A stretch of DNA of 64,000 nt from the human T2T-CHM13v2.0 reference genome, Homo sapiens (GCF_009914755.1 NC_060942.1); one strand, 5' to 3'. Positions 1 through 13,460 are shown, numbered from the stretch's first letter. Notes: generated from the sequence alone by a model not told the origin. Numbers and translations: made by a program.

Positions 1-154
1 TCAGAAATACTAAATGACAGAGGACAAACAGAAATCAGGTTAGCAACTGCAGTAGCTGAAGTTAAAAGTTGCACAAAGAATAAACATTTGCAGTTGTCAA
101 AAATGAATTAGAAAATTTTAGAGGAGTTAAGGCAGCATGACCTTTTAAAAGCAC

Positions 155-277
155 TTATTCATTGAACTCTTCAATAAATATTCATTAAGCGAACCTACTA
201 GATATTGTCTTTGTTAGTACAAATAGAGTAGTGAACAAGTCAAATATCTCTCACTTCAGAGGCTTTACCATCTAGGA
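155..277 (-). mobile_element. L2 3' end remnant
   Basis: ttcaataaatattcattaagcgaacctacta...gtgaacaag...gctttaccatctagg resembles the reverse strand of the L2 3' terminus; highly diverged. Confidence 0.5.
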
Positions 278-631
278 AATTTCTAGAAGCAATTCAGTTG
301 AAAAAATTGAAACTCTTCATGATCAATAATAAGCTGGACTCAGTGTCCCAAGAAGCAGTGCCCTGGAAAAGGAAAACTGAGAGGATGGCTTAAACATCCT
401 GTGTGTCATCCAGTCATAACAGGACTTTCCAGTTTAATGTCCATCTGAATATTTGTATTTATTATCCATGTATTCAATACCTTTGAATTTAATACCCTCT
501 AATACCCATGTCTGATTAGGTATTTTTTCAAATTATAAGTGTTACAATTTCTGACTATAAAAACAACATACAGACATGGAAGAAACACCCTATTGCATAG
601 AGAAGGAAATAAAAGTCAGCGGTAATCCATC

Positions 632-1078
632 TGTAGTGAATTGAAAATTGTCCCTTTGTTCCTCCCATAGTCACATCCACAGGACATTCAGAATGAGACA
701 TTATTAGGAAATAGGGTCAGGGCTGATATAATGTGGATAAAAGTCTCTAGATAAAAGTCATCCTGGATAAAGTATGTCCTAAATCTCATGCCTTGTGACC
801 TTAGAAAAGGAGAGGACACAAAGATGCAGAGAGAAATTCATATGAAGACAGAGACAGAGATTGGAGTGATGCTACCACAAGCCAAGGTATGCCAGGTACC
901 ACCACGAACTGCAAGGGGCAATACAAGATTCTTTCCTAGAGCCTCAGGGGAAGTGCCCTACTAACATTTTGATTTTTAACATCTGGGGTGCCCCCAGTAC
1001 TATGAAACAATACATGTCTGTTGTTTGAAGCTATTCAGTTATTGATTTATGTCATGGTAGGCCTAGGAAGCTAATATA
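632..1078 (+). mobile_element. MaLR solo LTR, MLT1C-like
   Basis: Starts TGTAGTGAATTGAA; contains gaagacagagacagagattggagtgatgctaccacaagccaagg; ends gcctaggaagctaatata, as in MLT1C. Confidence 0.85.
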
Positions 1079-1122
1079 TCAATTAGAATGTCCATGATGT
1101 CTATTGTAAACTGTTTGAAATC

Positions 1123-1172
1123 CACATATTTTTGTATAAATACATTCACATATTTTCGTATAAATGCATTCA
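1123..1172. repeat. 24-bp tandem duplication
   Basis: cacatatttttgtataaatacatt / cacatattttcgtataaatgcatt. Confidence 0.8.
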
Positions 1173-2098
1173 GGGAGAGAGAGAGTCGATAAATGCATAT
1201 TCAACTTTTAAAAAGAAGCTCTTCTTGAATTAAATTTGCAGTATTTTAAATAATTTGGTTAACTTGACTTAGACCTGTGAAATCACGGTGTGTCCTTTGT
1301 GGCCTGAATTCCTAGTTACAGGAAGAGGTAACAAAGAACAGAAAGAAATGAGCAGAGTAAACATAGCTAATGGCACAGAGGGCTCCTAGCAAAGAAAAGA
1401 GGGAAAGGGGAATTTAAACCCTTCTGAAGGAGTAATGTAGAAGAATTGAACTCTGAAACAGATATCTAATATATTCTGCACATAGTATATATATATAGAC
1501 ATAGTTGCAAAATGACTCCTGTTATTTCCAAAGCGTTAAGATACTTTGAAAACTTTTCTAGAAAGTTTTACCCCCTTTTTTAAATTCCCTGTAATCTGTG
1601 GTCTTTTATGGCTTGTTTCTTACCTGATGTGTTCTATCAAAAGCATTCAAACTAAAACTGTTGTTATGTTTGAAAATGAGGAAAACTGCTTTGGTATAAC
1701 AGTGTGGAATGTGAGCCGTGAATTACACCTTACAAAATGTTTCTAAAATCATAACATTGGCTCCCTACAAAGCTTCTGGGCATGTAATCATATCTCTTTC
1801 TCAGGTATATGTGGGAGGATGGGAAACCCAGGTCTGGAGGTAATTTACATATGTTAATATGAGGGAGAATAGAGAATAAGGGAGGAAACACCTAACACTT
1901 ACTTAATTTTGTTACCATTTTGAAAGCACTTGCTTTTTGAATTAGAACATGTTCCTGTAGAATTCACCCTACACATTCCAACCCATTTAAGAGTGAAAAT
2001 ACTGAGAATAAATCTCTCTGGAATATGTTCTGCAAAATTCCCCTGTTCATTTCTTCTAAACTGTGTGATGTATTTTTTCTACAATGTGGGATGTAAAT

Positions 2099-2217
2099 TG
2101 TGTATATGTGTGTGTGTATGTGTGTGTGTATCCCTGTGTGCCTTGGCATCCACAAAGGTGTCACCACAGGGTTTGGGCAATGGCATATATATATATATAT
2201 ATATATATATGCATGCC

Positions 2218-2267
<50 letters not shown>

Positions 2268-2306
2268 GCGCCACATATGTGTGTGTATATATATATATGC
2301 CATATA

Positions 2307-2355
<49 letters not shown>
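2099..2355. repeat. Compound (TG)n/(TA)n microsatellite
   Basis: Alternating TG and TA runs separated by gcc(ac)ata spacers; source of the YI/CV/TH-rich ORFs. Confidence 0.97.
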
Positions 2356-2357
<2 letters not shown>

Positions 2358-4194
2358 GAATAGGTACACATGTACCAAAATAGCTCTGATATTAGAGGCT
2401 ACCTTGAAAATGTGTGTCTTTCTGATGCCTATAAAAATCAATAGGACTTTTTTTGAGAAAATAATAAGGCTAATTTCTATAAGGAAAATAAATATAACAG
2501 CTTCAAAATCTAGAACTACTTAACATATTTTCAAATGAATTTGCTGGAAAATTACTGTTAGTAAAGATTTTATTGGAAACAATAGTGATTAATATTTCAA
2601 AATAAGCAGAAAAGCTTAGTTGGACTTGTGAGATTTTTAAAAGAACAGCGAAAAAAGCCTTTGAGAGATGATAAAATTAAGCTAGAGAAATATAACTCAC
2701 CTAAAGCCCCACAAGCCAGTGACTGGAAAATGCATACATTACAAGCCTGGATAGGAAAGAATTTAAAATCTGACACATGGTATCAATCAGGGGCCAGCAG
2801 CCAGTGCTAAGTTTAATAACCTCTTCTACCTATGTTGATGACAACTCGAAGAAATTCATGAGCTGTACAATTTCAAGAGGTTCTCCTCTTGTCTGATAGC
2901 AATTACCTGGGCTTCGCTTCTACAGCTCTAAGAGGTTATAAAAAAGTTCAGTATCTGTGAAGAAAAAGAACTCACCAATCTATATGAGAAAAGTAGGCAT
3001 AAATTGTCACAAACAGTTTTGAAAAGTTATAAAGTTGGTTTTGTTCTTCAAATAATATGAACAGACAAGAGCATATTCATGCAGTATTTTATTATGTAAT
3101 GTATACAATATTTACATATAAAGTCTTGTTAATATCTGACTATGACACATTTTGTTTTTACTATTGATATTTAGTTGAAACTATATGTATTAACATTTCA
3201 GAGCTTTGCTATTGCAGCATTAAGACTTCTAAATTATATTAACAAAATATTCTGAAGTGTACTTTTTAAAATATACAGCATAGAAACAATAGTTTTACAG
3301 TGGTGTTAGATGAGGGTTACTAAAGATTCTTAGTAGATAATATTAAATAATATATTTCCATTTTAAATGAGATCTGACAAGCAAATCCAAAGAGACTGTC
3401 AGTATTTTTAATGAAAACTTCACTTTTAAAACTAGCACATCCTATACATATTTTACTGAGGTAAAGGGAAGAACATTTGACTTTGCAATTAGTGATTTTG
3501 CATTTTGCTGGTGAAATTAGCCTATGGCTTATATGAACTTTGATAATTAGTTATTAAATCATGAAGTATATGGGACAATTAAATAATACACTTTACCTCA
3601 TACTTCACTATGCTTGTAAAATATTTTCTTACACCTTGCAATCAATTTGGCAACTTCTGAAAGAGTTCATGTTAAAACATCTCCACAACAGTAATAGTCA
3701 ATGTGTCTATTTCTGTAAGAAAAGCATATCTTCATTCAGCTTGTTTTCACTGATCAATATGGCATATCAAACCAGAATGTCTTAAAAATGGGCAAAACAG
3801 AGAATATTTGCCTTATATTGATTTCATTTGCAAATTGTCAAATGAATGCTGGTATATGAGACACAAAAATAATTTTATGATGGAAGTGTGTAAGAGATTT
3901 CAATTTAAGAAAAATAAAGACATTTGTACCTATTAGTATTAAAAGTGATTTAATTTTTTGTGAACAAAAACATTAGTTTTACACTTTAAAATGGACGTAC
4001 ATTAACTTGAAAACCGAAACAAAATAATGAGTAATAAAAATGTGCCAAGTTTATGAAATATGAAGATAAGTTTAAACTGCACAGTTTACATATACTGTTA
4101 TTGATTAATATTTACATGCTTTACAAGAACAAAATAAAGAACCAAACAAAAATTTAAGAATAAAGTTCCGTAGCACAGCTGTGGCACTGAAAAA

Positions 4195-4233
4195 TACACA
4201 CACATACACACACACACGCACATACACACACAC
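4195..4233. repeat. (CA)n microsatellite, imperfect
   Basis: tacacacacatacacacacacacgcacatacacacacac. Confidence 0.9.
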
Positions 4234-5021
4234 TATTTTGGTCCTCCATATAAATAAAAAGTAAGTGAAATAAGAAACACATTTGAATTAGAAGTGTGTG
4301 CACAATGTATATACCAGTAAAATATGTTTAAGGAAATAAATGTGAATTGATTCCATCATTATATATTTGAGTTTGATTTTACTGTTGAGATATGTTGAGT
4401 AGCACCATTTGATGATTAGGTGGGAACATTATGACACTGGTTCACTAATAGTAAGTACAAATTTTTCTCCTAAAGGTTTTCTTATGGTAACTTTTACTGA
4501 AACTTGATATGTTAATTTTTCCTGAAGTAATAGCCGAACATTAATTATTATCAACATTATCTAAGATATAAGTCTGAACTAGGATATTTATAATGGAAAT
4601 GTGGTAGACAGAGGCACTTTATTTTGGTCTTAAAAACTTCTGTTTAACATATTTCAGTCTTCTGTTCTATGGTAATACCAAAAATAACACTTTAAAAAAA
4701 TTCAAGGAATGTTAGACATCAGGCTCACTACAGAACTATTTGCAAAGTAACTTCAAATTCCATACTTGCTACAAATGGAATGAATGCAGGGCAATAAAGA
4801 AAATATGCAAATCCTTTTATTTTTGTATCAATATATGATTTTGTATGCCAGAAGATATTGGAATTGTGTGAGCTGGTAGATTTGAAAGAAATACAAAAGA
4901 AAAACAGGAATGGTAAAGAATGATGCAAGGTAAATTTTAATACTACTGGAATGTAGACTGTTATCATTTTGCAATTCAAATCCAATAAATTTGATTTTAG
5001 TAAACTCGATTGAGTTTACTA

Positions 5022-5117
5022 TTAGGTTGTTGCAAACATAATTGCAGTTTTGGCCATTAAACGTAATGGCCAAACCATTGTAATGGCCAAACAGCAATTA
5101 CTTTTGCACCAACCTAA
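5022..5117. mobile_element. MADE1 (Hsmar1-derived MITE) with internal duplication
   Basis: TIRs ttaggttgttgcaaacataattgc ... gcaattacttttgcaccaacctaa; TA target duplications at 5020-21 and 5118-19; 96 bp versus ~80-bp consensus. Confidence 0.95.
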
Positions 5118-5920
5118 TAAAAAAGTTCTAAGAAATGGATATAGCTATCATTCCCTTGACCCGATCACCTTCCTTTCTTAGTAATCTTACTAAAATCTTA
5201 GTAATGTTACTTAGTAATATATCTAAAATCTTAGTTTTTTAGTAAATACTCTTAGATTTTAAATTCAAATATCTCTATCAGAATTTTCATCCAGGAATAC
5301 TCCTTCTATGTGAAATAATTTATTATGTTCCATTTATTCTGCTTCATGTAATGTTGGCATAATTATAAGGGAGTGATATACTCTTATTTAAATTGTATTT
5401 TTTCTACAGCTGAGAATTTTTTTTTTAAAGGAAACCACCATATTGGGTAAACTAGCATCTGCATGTAGGAAATAACAAACTGTCAAAATATTGATGATTC
5501 AATGTAAATAACCTCATCCTGGTTAAAGTAAAACACCAGCTTTATTAAGGCCACATATTTTTCCTAAATAACACATTATTTTAAAATTTTATGTATATAT
5601 TTCAGAAAATTCCCTCTACCATGTTATGTGAAGCATTATAAAAGTAAAATGTTTTCAGATAGACCTGTAGCTAATATTATTTTAAAATTGGGCCCACAAA
5701 TAAGAAACACACTTTCAAAATGAAAGAACTCTTTTATTTTGAATCATGAACTCTGACATTTGCTAATTTGCATAATAATAGTCAACTAGCTCATCCTTCT
5801 ATAACTTGGGTGGAAAAATAAACGACCAAATAAACAACTTGAGAATAAAGCCCATAGCATAATAGTAGTACTTAAAAATACACAAACACACACACTATAT
5901 TTGATCCTCTACAAGTTAAA

Positions 5921-6674
5921 TCACATCACTACTCATTGGATAAATGTAAACCAAAACCACAAAGAAATATCATCTCATACCAGTCAGAATGACTTCTATT
6001 AAAAAGTATAAAAACAACAGAATCTGGCAAGGCTGTGGCAAAAAGCAAATGCTTATACACGGTTGGTGGAAATGTGAACTAGTTTAGTCACTGTGGAAAG
6101 CAGTTTGGAGATTTCTCAAAGAACTTAAAACAGAACTACCATTCCACCCAGCAGTCCCATTACTGGGTATATACCCAAAAGAAAACACATTGTTCTACCA
6201 AAAAGACACATGTACTTGTGTGTTCATCACTGTGCTATTCACAGTAAAAAAGTCATGGAGTTAACCTAGGTGCCCATCAGCTGTGGATTGGATAAAGAAA
6301 ATCTGCTATATATACATCATGGAATACTATGCAGTCATAAAAAAGAGTGAAATCATATCCTTTGCAGCAACATGGATGCAGATGGAGCCATAATCCTTAG
6401 CAAGTTAATAAAGGAATGGAAAACTAAATGCCACATGTTATATCTTATAAGTGGGAGATGAACTTTGAGTACTCGTGGACATAAAGATGACAACAATACA
6501 CACCGGAAACTATCGGGAAGAGGGAGGGGTCAAGATTTTTAAAAATCTCCATTGGGTACTATGCTCACTACCTGGGTGATGGGATCAATCATACTTCAAA
6601 CATCAGCATCACACCATATATTCATGTAACGAACCTACACATGTACCCCTGAATCTAAAATAAAAGTCGAAAAA
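5921..6674 (+). mobile_element. L1 3' end, L1PA16-like, 5'-truncated
   Basis: Decayed ORF2 C-terminus plus 3'UTR gggtactatgctcactacctgggtgatggg...catgtacccctgaatctaaaataaaag. Confidence 0.9.
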
Positions 6675-6702
6675 GATGTTTGAATCAATAGTGTGTACAC
6701 AA

Positions 6703-6733
6703 TGTGTGTGTGTGTGTGTGCGTGTGTGTGTGT
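6703..6733. repeat. (TG)n microsatellite
   Basis: Direct sequence. Confidence 0.9.
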
Positions 6734-6779
6734 ATATAAGTATGTAATCAGTTAATATGTGCAAGAAAATACAACTGGA

Positions 6780-7133
<354 letters not shown>

Positions 7134-7339
7134 TTATTGTTGGGAGGCTACTCTCTTGGGGGAAAAAGAAATAGACCCTCGTTATGTCCCAAATCTGTTC
7201 CTATTTTGCACCTGTACCTTTACTTGGCTAGAGAAAAATGAAATTGAGAAACATAAATTGCAAGTTGGTGCCACCTGTTGAACTGTCATTGATGTTACTG
7301 TTGAGTTTGCTTTTCTATATTTTTTAATGGCTGTATTAG

Positions 7340-9175
7340 TCATTCTCCTTTTTCCTCAGTTTTCTCACATCTCTTCACCACTCTTACATACAGGGGCTGA
7401 CGTTGCTTCTTAATTCAGTAAGAAAATTCCAGATCTCACAAAATAAATTGCAAAACCTCCCCAACTCACAACTTCTCACTTACTGGCATTAGTGCCATAT
7501 AGTACATCTTCCCTCTTGTTTTTTTTTATGAGACAGCACATTCCTGAGATGGGGAAAAGTCATATAAAAGTATGACACACAACAAATTATCAGTATTATT
7601 GCATGTAAAAGAATTTAGATACTGCAGAAACAAAAACAAGTGTTACCAAGTCCACATGGCTTGGTTTTCCTGAACAGCTAAGCAGTTCTTTTCAGCACAT
7701 TTATCTTTTCAGAACCTTCCTCTTTAAGAAACCTGTGAGTCACTTGTGCATGGCTTTGTCCCATCTTGACCTCTTCAGGGCATTAGGACAACTATTTTCC
7801 TCTGTCCCTGGTATCCTCAGGATTACCCTCATCTGCATTTGAATATTGCTCTCATATAAAAAGTTACTTCTTGGACCTCCCCATTAACACCAGATCCATC
7901 TTTTTTTCTTGATTTTCCAGTCTTTCCCTGCTATCTCTGTATTAAAACTGTTCTTGTAAAAAGCCCCTAATAACTGACAACGACTGAATGTAGAGTAAAT
8001 TCTCAGTATCCCTCTTGCGTAACCTTTCCATAACTTCTCAGCCTTATTTAACAGTGCCGATTATTTCCTTTTCCTTACAATACTGTTCCTAGACCATGCT
8101 TTCATGGCTTTCCTCCTATTTCGCCACTACCCTTCCCATTTTTCCTTTGGTGCTTCCCTTACTTTCTCTTAATTGACTGTGGTGATTCCCAGGGCTTAGT
8201 CTTTGAATTCTTCCCATTTTATATCCACATTTATTCCCTTGATCTTCTCTAGAAATATCTTCAAATATATCTCAAGTTGGTATGTCAGCATGGACCAGTC
8301 CTGTTAACTCGAGTCTGTATTCTGCTGCTTATGTGAAATCTGCAACAGTTCCTCTTTTGAACATGCTGATCTTAACATACCCAAGGCTAAATATCTGGTT
8401 TCCTCAATGTGACCTGATAGAGTTTTATACTTCATTTTCCTCATAATGAACACACAATAGCGTCATTCTTAGCTTTTTTCTTTCACATCCAAATCTATCT
8501 GATCCATAAATCCTGTTGACTCAACTTTCAAAATATTTAGAATCTCATCACTTTGGAAACCCTGGATAATTAGATCCAAGCTTAGAAGATACTTTCTATG
8601 GACTGTTGCAAATGTCCCCTACAAATGATTTCACTGCTCCCCCTTTTGTCGCTCACAGTGTCTTCTTAAACCAGCAGCCAATATGATCTTATTAAAATGA
8701 AAGACAGATGCTAATGGCACTTTTCTCAAACCCTTCGATGGTTTTCTGTTTCTATACTAAAAGCTAAATGAACTTTCCAAATATTTCCTCTCCGATTACT
8801 CCATTCCAGTCTCCTCTGCCTGGCCTGCAACAGGCATGCTGTTTCCTCACAGCCATGGACATGATAGCCTTCTGCCTGAAGAAATCTGTCCCCACACTTA
8901 CAAATAGTTTGTTCACTCACCTGACCCCAGTCCTTGTTCAATCACAACCCACCTATTGAGGCCAACACTGATTGCTCCTTTTAAAAATATTAACAACAAT
9001 CACCCATGGTTCCCATTGCCTTTACATTGTCTTGTTTCCTTCCTTTGTTCTTAACACCTTCTAAGATATTATATCATTACTTTATTATGTTTATTGTTAT
9101 GGTTCGGAGATATTTTCAAATTTTTACTTTGTATAGTATGTATCTGGAGCAGTATTCAACAAAATACTATATTTG
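7340..9175 (+). mobile_element. L2 (L2a-like) long decayed copy
   Basis: Pyrimidine-rich L2 ORF2/3' hallmarks (gctgacgttgcttct...agaaaatt; ccagggcttagtc; cagcagccaatatgatcttattaaaatg; ctcaaacccttcgatgg); interrupted at ~7520-7710. Confidence 0.75.
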
Positions 9176-12100
9176 GAATCCAAGTGTTTATTATGGCTTT
9201 TAAAAAAATTAGTCTGTAGATTAAAAATAAATACATAAAGCTAGCCAAATAAATATGCCTACCTCTTGTGTTTTGCACTGACAATCCAAAGGATCATGTG
9301 ACTGTAGAATGTTCCATTCTATTTGCTTGGGCAGATGAGGCAGGAGAGGAAGAGCAGGGTGAGAGAGGCAGAAGCAGAGGAGGTGTGCAGTGAGAGGCAG
9401 ACGGTATGCAGAAACTCAGAGGACTCATATTTATCTACCTTATTTGTTTTCTTGGTTTATGGTTTGGCCTTAAGATATTCCATCATTTTAATTCTAATTT
9501 TCAGCAGCTAGAAATATTTATATTGGTAGCTAAATTAATATAATGTGGAAATATTGGCATTGTAAGCACCCAAAGGAATAATAATTAATTTTGCTATGGA
9601 GTAATGTTTTAGATTTATCTTTCCCTTTGCATGGAATTTAAATCATATTGTCCCTTATGAGTACAAAATAGGTTACCTGCAAGTCTAGCTCACTTTGAAT
9701 CAATGATTACAACTGATAACACTGTATGTCATGTTTCAGAGCAAAACCGCTGATGTCTTTAAAATTAAAGTCATTGGCATAGTCTACTTTATGAGTTAGG
9801 TATGACTGAGTTAGGCTCTTTCTTTGATCTATAGATTTAAATTTTCAGTTTATCTTAAATTGAACTATTAGTAGAGAAAATTAATTGCAGTTATGCTAGT
9901 CTACTAAAAATAAGAGATCACTGGATTGCATATGAAAAGGAATAATTTCCATTCTTCATGTAGCTTTGCTATCACCTGTAACGACATAGTTGAACTACAG
10001 GTATTAAGATATACTTTACTTTTCAAAGAGTCTGCGTTACATAACAGTCATTGATAACTCTTTTTTTTTGTTTTTTGGTAGTGTTAATGCAAGATATTAC
10101 TATGTTAAATCCTAATTTGCATATATCCTAGTTCATTTTAAAAAACATGATTCTTATAATTAAGAATGTAATGAATGTTACATCTTCAGTTAACCATGCT
10201 AAAATTTGTGCTGGTCTTTAGGAATGAGCGAAAAATTGTAAATTAAAATGTTTGGTTCTATATTTGCTAGATTTGGATACCAGAGCAAGTTACCCACATA
10301 CTTTCTATATTTTTATAGAAATTACTGATTTATAGTATGTATTTATATTTTTCTTCATGTGTGCAAAGGTATTACTATTTTCAAAATGTTAATGTTTATA
10401 AATGAAAGAATATGTATACTCATTTCAGAATGGGTGGAAATAAAATTCAAGTTTAGACATTGGTATTTTAAACATAATGATATTAGATTCTGTATTTCTC
10501 TCAATGAAAACAATATATGAGCAGACAGTTAATGTCCTCATGTCTTTTAAAAATAGCTCTTTTCTTTGGATGTATATTTTATAAATTAATTAAGTAAAAA
10601 TGTGAATAGGTGTTTGCTATAATAAGCTTAATTTATGCACAACAATAAATATGTCACCATTTATTTTAAGAATAAGAAAACTACTAATTCAGTATTGATA
10701 AGGTTAAATATTGCTAAAACATTGACTGCTCAGGAGACATAGAAGGTTTTCTTGTAAATATGATAATATAGAAAATGGAATACAGCTATATTATCTCTAT
10801 ACTTATAGTTGCCTGTCTTTCTATAATCTGTCTCTATTATCTATGTATCTATCCTTTGATCAAACTTTAATATGCATTACACAGTTTTCAGAAACACATT
10901 TAATATAAATTAAGTCTACTACCATCCTAAATTTTGGAATGACCCCCAATAAGTTCCTCTGTGAATTACAACATAATTCTGAAATTAGGAAGGGATTCAA
11001 ATTGAGCTGTGGACTCTCAAAATTGGTTCTCGCATTAGATTTAAATGGAAATCTAATAATCCCCTACCTTTTGAAAGAACACAGAGTTTTCTTAAAGCAG
11101 AGTGTGTAGCCTGAGAGATTAATTTTGTCACTGGTACCCTTACAAGCATGCTTCCCTAGAACCATAAGACATTGTGTGACATTCTGATCAAAATAATCTG
11201 TAAAGACTGAGCCATACTATGTGATGAAGATTAAAAATTAATTATTCCAGGCTAATTCTTGACCTTTTACAGGAAACCTTGTTAAATGAGATTTAATGAC
11301 ATATGGAGAATAAGCCATTTTTGTGATGCATTCATGAAGTGAGAATTTTTGCACTTTCTAACTTGCAAAATCAATACAAAAGTAGAATATGATTTAGAAG
11401 GTTTTTGGGTGATAAATAAGAGGAAAAAGGGAAGAAATCTAATAGACTAATAAATGAATACCAAAACATACTTCAAAAATGGCCCCACTGTATATCATAG
11501 ACAGGAAAAAGCATTAGCTTTAGCCAAGCCGTTTTTGTGCACCCTGTTTCTAAGCTATCAATCACAGCCCCCACATGCCAATTAGAGGAGGCCAGGTGAG
11601 AAGTACCCACCTGAGTCTCCTTGAAAACTCCAGGTGGAAAACATTTTTAGTGTAAATGGAGAGTGCTAGGGACATTTTTTCGAATGAGTCATAAAAGGAA
11701 ACCTAGTGTTCTTTCTACTTAGGCTCAGAACATCATTTTAGATGCTTCTCCTGGCTGAGCAGAGAATTAGAAACTGGAAATCATTTTCAAACAAACACAG
11801 TACCGGCTGGCATGTAACTATTAAATTCATCAGGGCAATACATTTCAAATGAAAAGTTTGTAGTATAAAAATAAAGTAAAATGATTTTTACAATTCATGT
11901 ACTGGTACTGCAATCTATATAGGTAGATAAAAAGGAATTGGAAAACAGTAAACAAACTATACATTAATTTAAACTAAAATGAACACACACTTTCTTATAT
12001 CTACTTCCTTACATTAAGATTATTAGTATCAGACTTACAAAAGGCGAGTGTGTGTATCTTGAAACAAAAATGCAGTTCATAAGCTTTGAATATGCAATGA

Positions 12101-12330
12101 ATAGATGTAGACTTTGTCCTTATCAGTTGAAAATAAAATTAACAGGTTTTTGTATATTAAAGTTGGGATTTCTGTTACAGTTAGAAAACACAATTTAGAG
12201 TCATGAAATAAAATTCCTTCCACTAAGGTTTTTGAAATTAAAAACCCCAGTTATTTGCTATGTGTCCTTCTCATTCCAAAAGTTATATTTCTGAAGAAAC
12301 CAGCCCTAAAGAGCTTAGTGCCCAATCAGA

Positions 12331-12875
12331 ACAGCACTATTCACAGTAATATGGAATCAATCTAAGTGTCCATCAGTGGATGAGTGGATAAACAAAATGT
12401 GTTACATATACATCACGGAATATTATTCAGCCATAAAAATTGAAATCCTGTCATTTGCAACAACATGGAACTGGAGGATATTATGTTACATGAAATAAGC
12501 CAGGAACGGGAAAACAAATATTGCATATTATTACACATATGCAGGAGCTAAAAATGTAAGAACTCTGAGATAGAGAGTAGAACGACAGTTACCAGGGGTT
12601 CAAAAGAAGAGCAGCCTGCATTGGGGTGTGGATAAAGAAGAGACGGTAAATGGGTACAAAATTACAGTTAGAGAGAAGGAAGAAGATTTAGTATTTGATA
12701 GCACAGTAGGGTAACAATAGCTAACAACAATTTATTGTATATTTTTAAATAGCTAAAAGATTGGAAATGGAATGTTCTTAACACAAAGAAATGATAACTA
12801 CTTAAAGTGATGGATACCTTATTAACCTGATGTGAACTATTATGTACCCATAATAATTAAAAATTAAAACAAAAA
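12331..12875 (+). mobile_element. L1MA (L1MA4/5-like) 3' end
   Basis: ORF2 end plus 3'UTR gggtacaaaattacagttagagagaagg...gcacagtagggtaacaatag...acacaaagaaatgataa; A-rich end. Confidence 0.88.
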
Positions 12876-12929
12876 GTAATATTAGAACACCTTCACTCAC
12901 AAAGCCAGTTCATACAAACTACATAAATG

Positions 12930-13262
12930 ACCATCGAGAGTACACTAACAGATTTTCATATATTTCTGTAATGAAACATTACTGAAGAATAAAAATAATT
13001 TACTTATTAATAAATAACATAGATGAATTTTACAAATATGCTGTGCAAAATAATGTAGGCATTACACAAAAGGACATGAGGAAATTTCAAGAAGAATGGA
13101 AAGGGCCTAGGCCTTGAATTACATTATAAAATAATAGAGGTACACATTTGCAAAAACTCATTGAATTATATACATTAAAATTTTGCACTTTAGAATATAT
13201 TTTATTATATTAAATGTATACATTTGTATTGAACATAAATATACCTCAATAGAATTTTAAAA
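12930..13262 (+). mobile_element. Old L1 (L1MD/ME) 3'UTR fragment
   Basis: aacatagatgaattttacaaa...catttgcaaaaactcattgaattatatacattaaaa...atacctcaata. Confidence 0.55.
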
Positions 13263-13274
13263 GCAAAAGTAAAG

Positions 13275-13460
13275 CAGGTAGAACATTGGGAGGCTATTGT
13301 TCTAGTTCATCTGAAGAAAATTAGGGCTTGGACTAAGGTGGTCATGGTACAATTAGGGCGTAAGCAGGCTAAGGATAGGTTTTGGGAGTTGATAGAATTT
13401 GCTAATGTAGACATACTCTTTTAGCTGAGGGAGATAATGAAGTAAAATAAATTTGTAGTC
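13275..13460 (-). mobile_element. L2 fragment
   Basis: ggaggctattgttctagttca...ggcttggactaaggtggt, typical of antisense L2. Confidence 0.55.

Noticed and set aside
1930-2523. Six overlapping ORFs up to 197 aa
   Set aside because: Stop-free dinucleotide microsatellite (YI/CV/TH runs); not genes
5022-5117. Naming this a specific miR-548 gene
   Set aside because: Family-level similarity only; I cannot match it to an annotated hairpin
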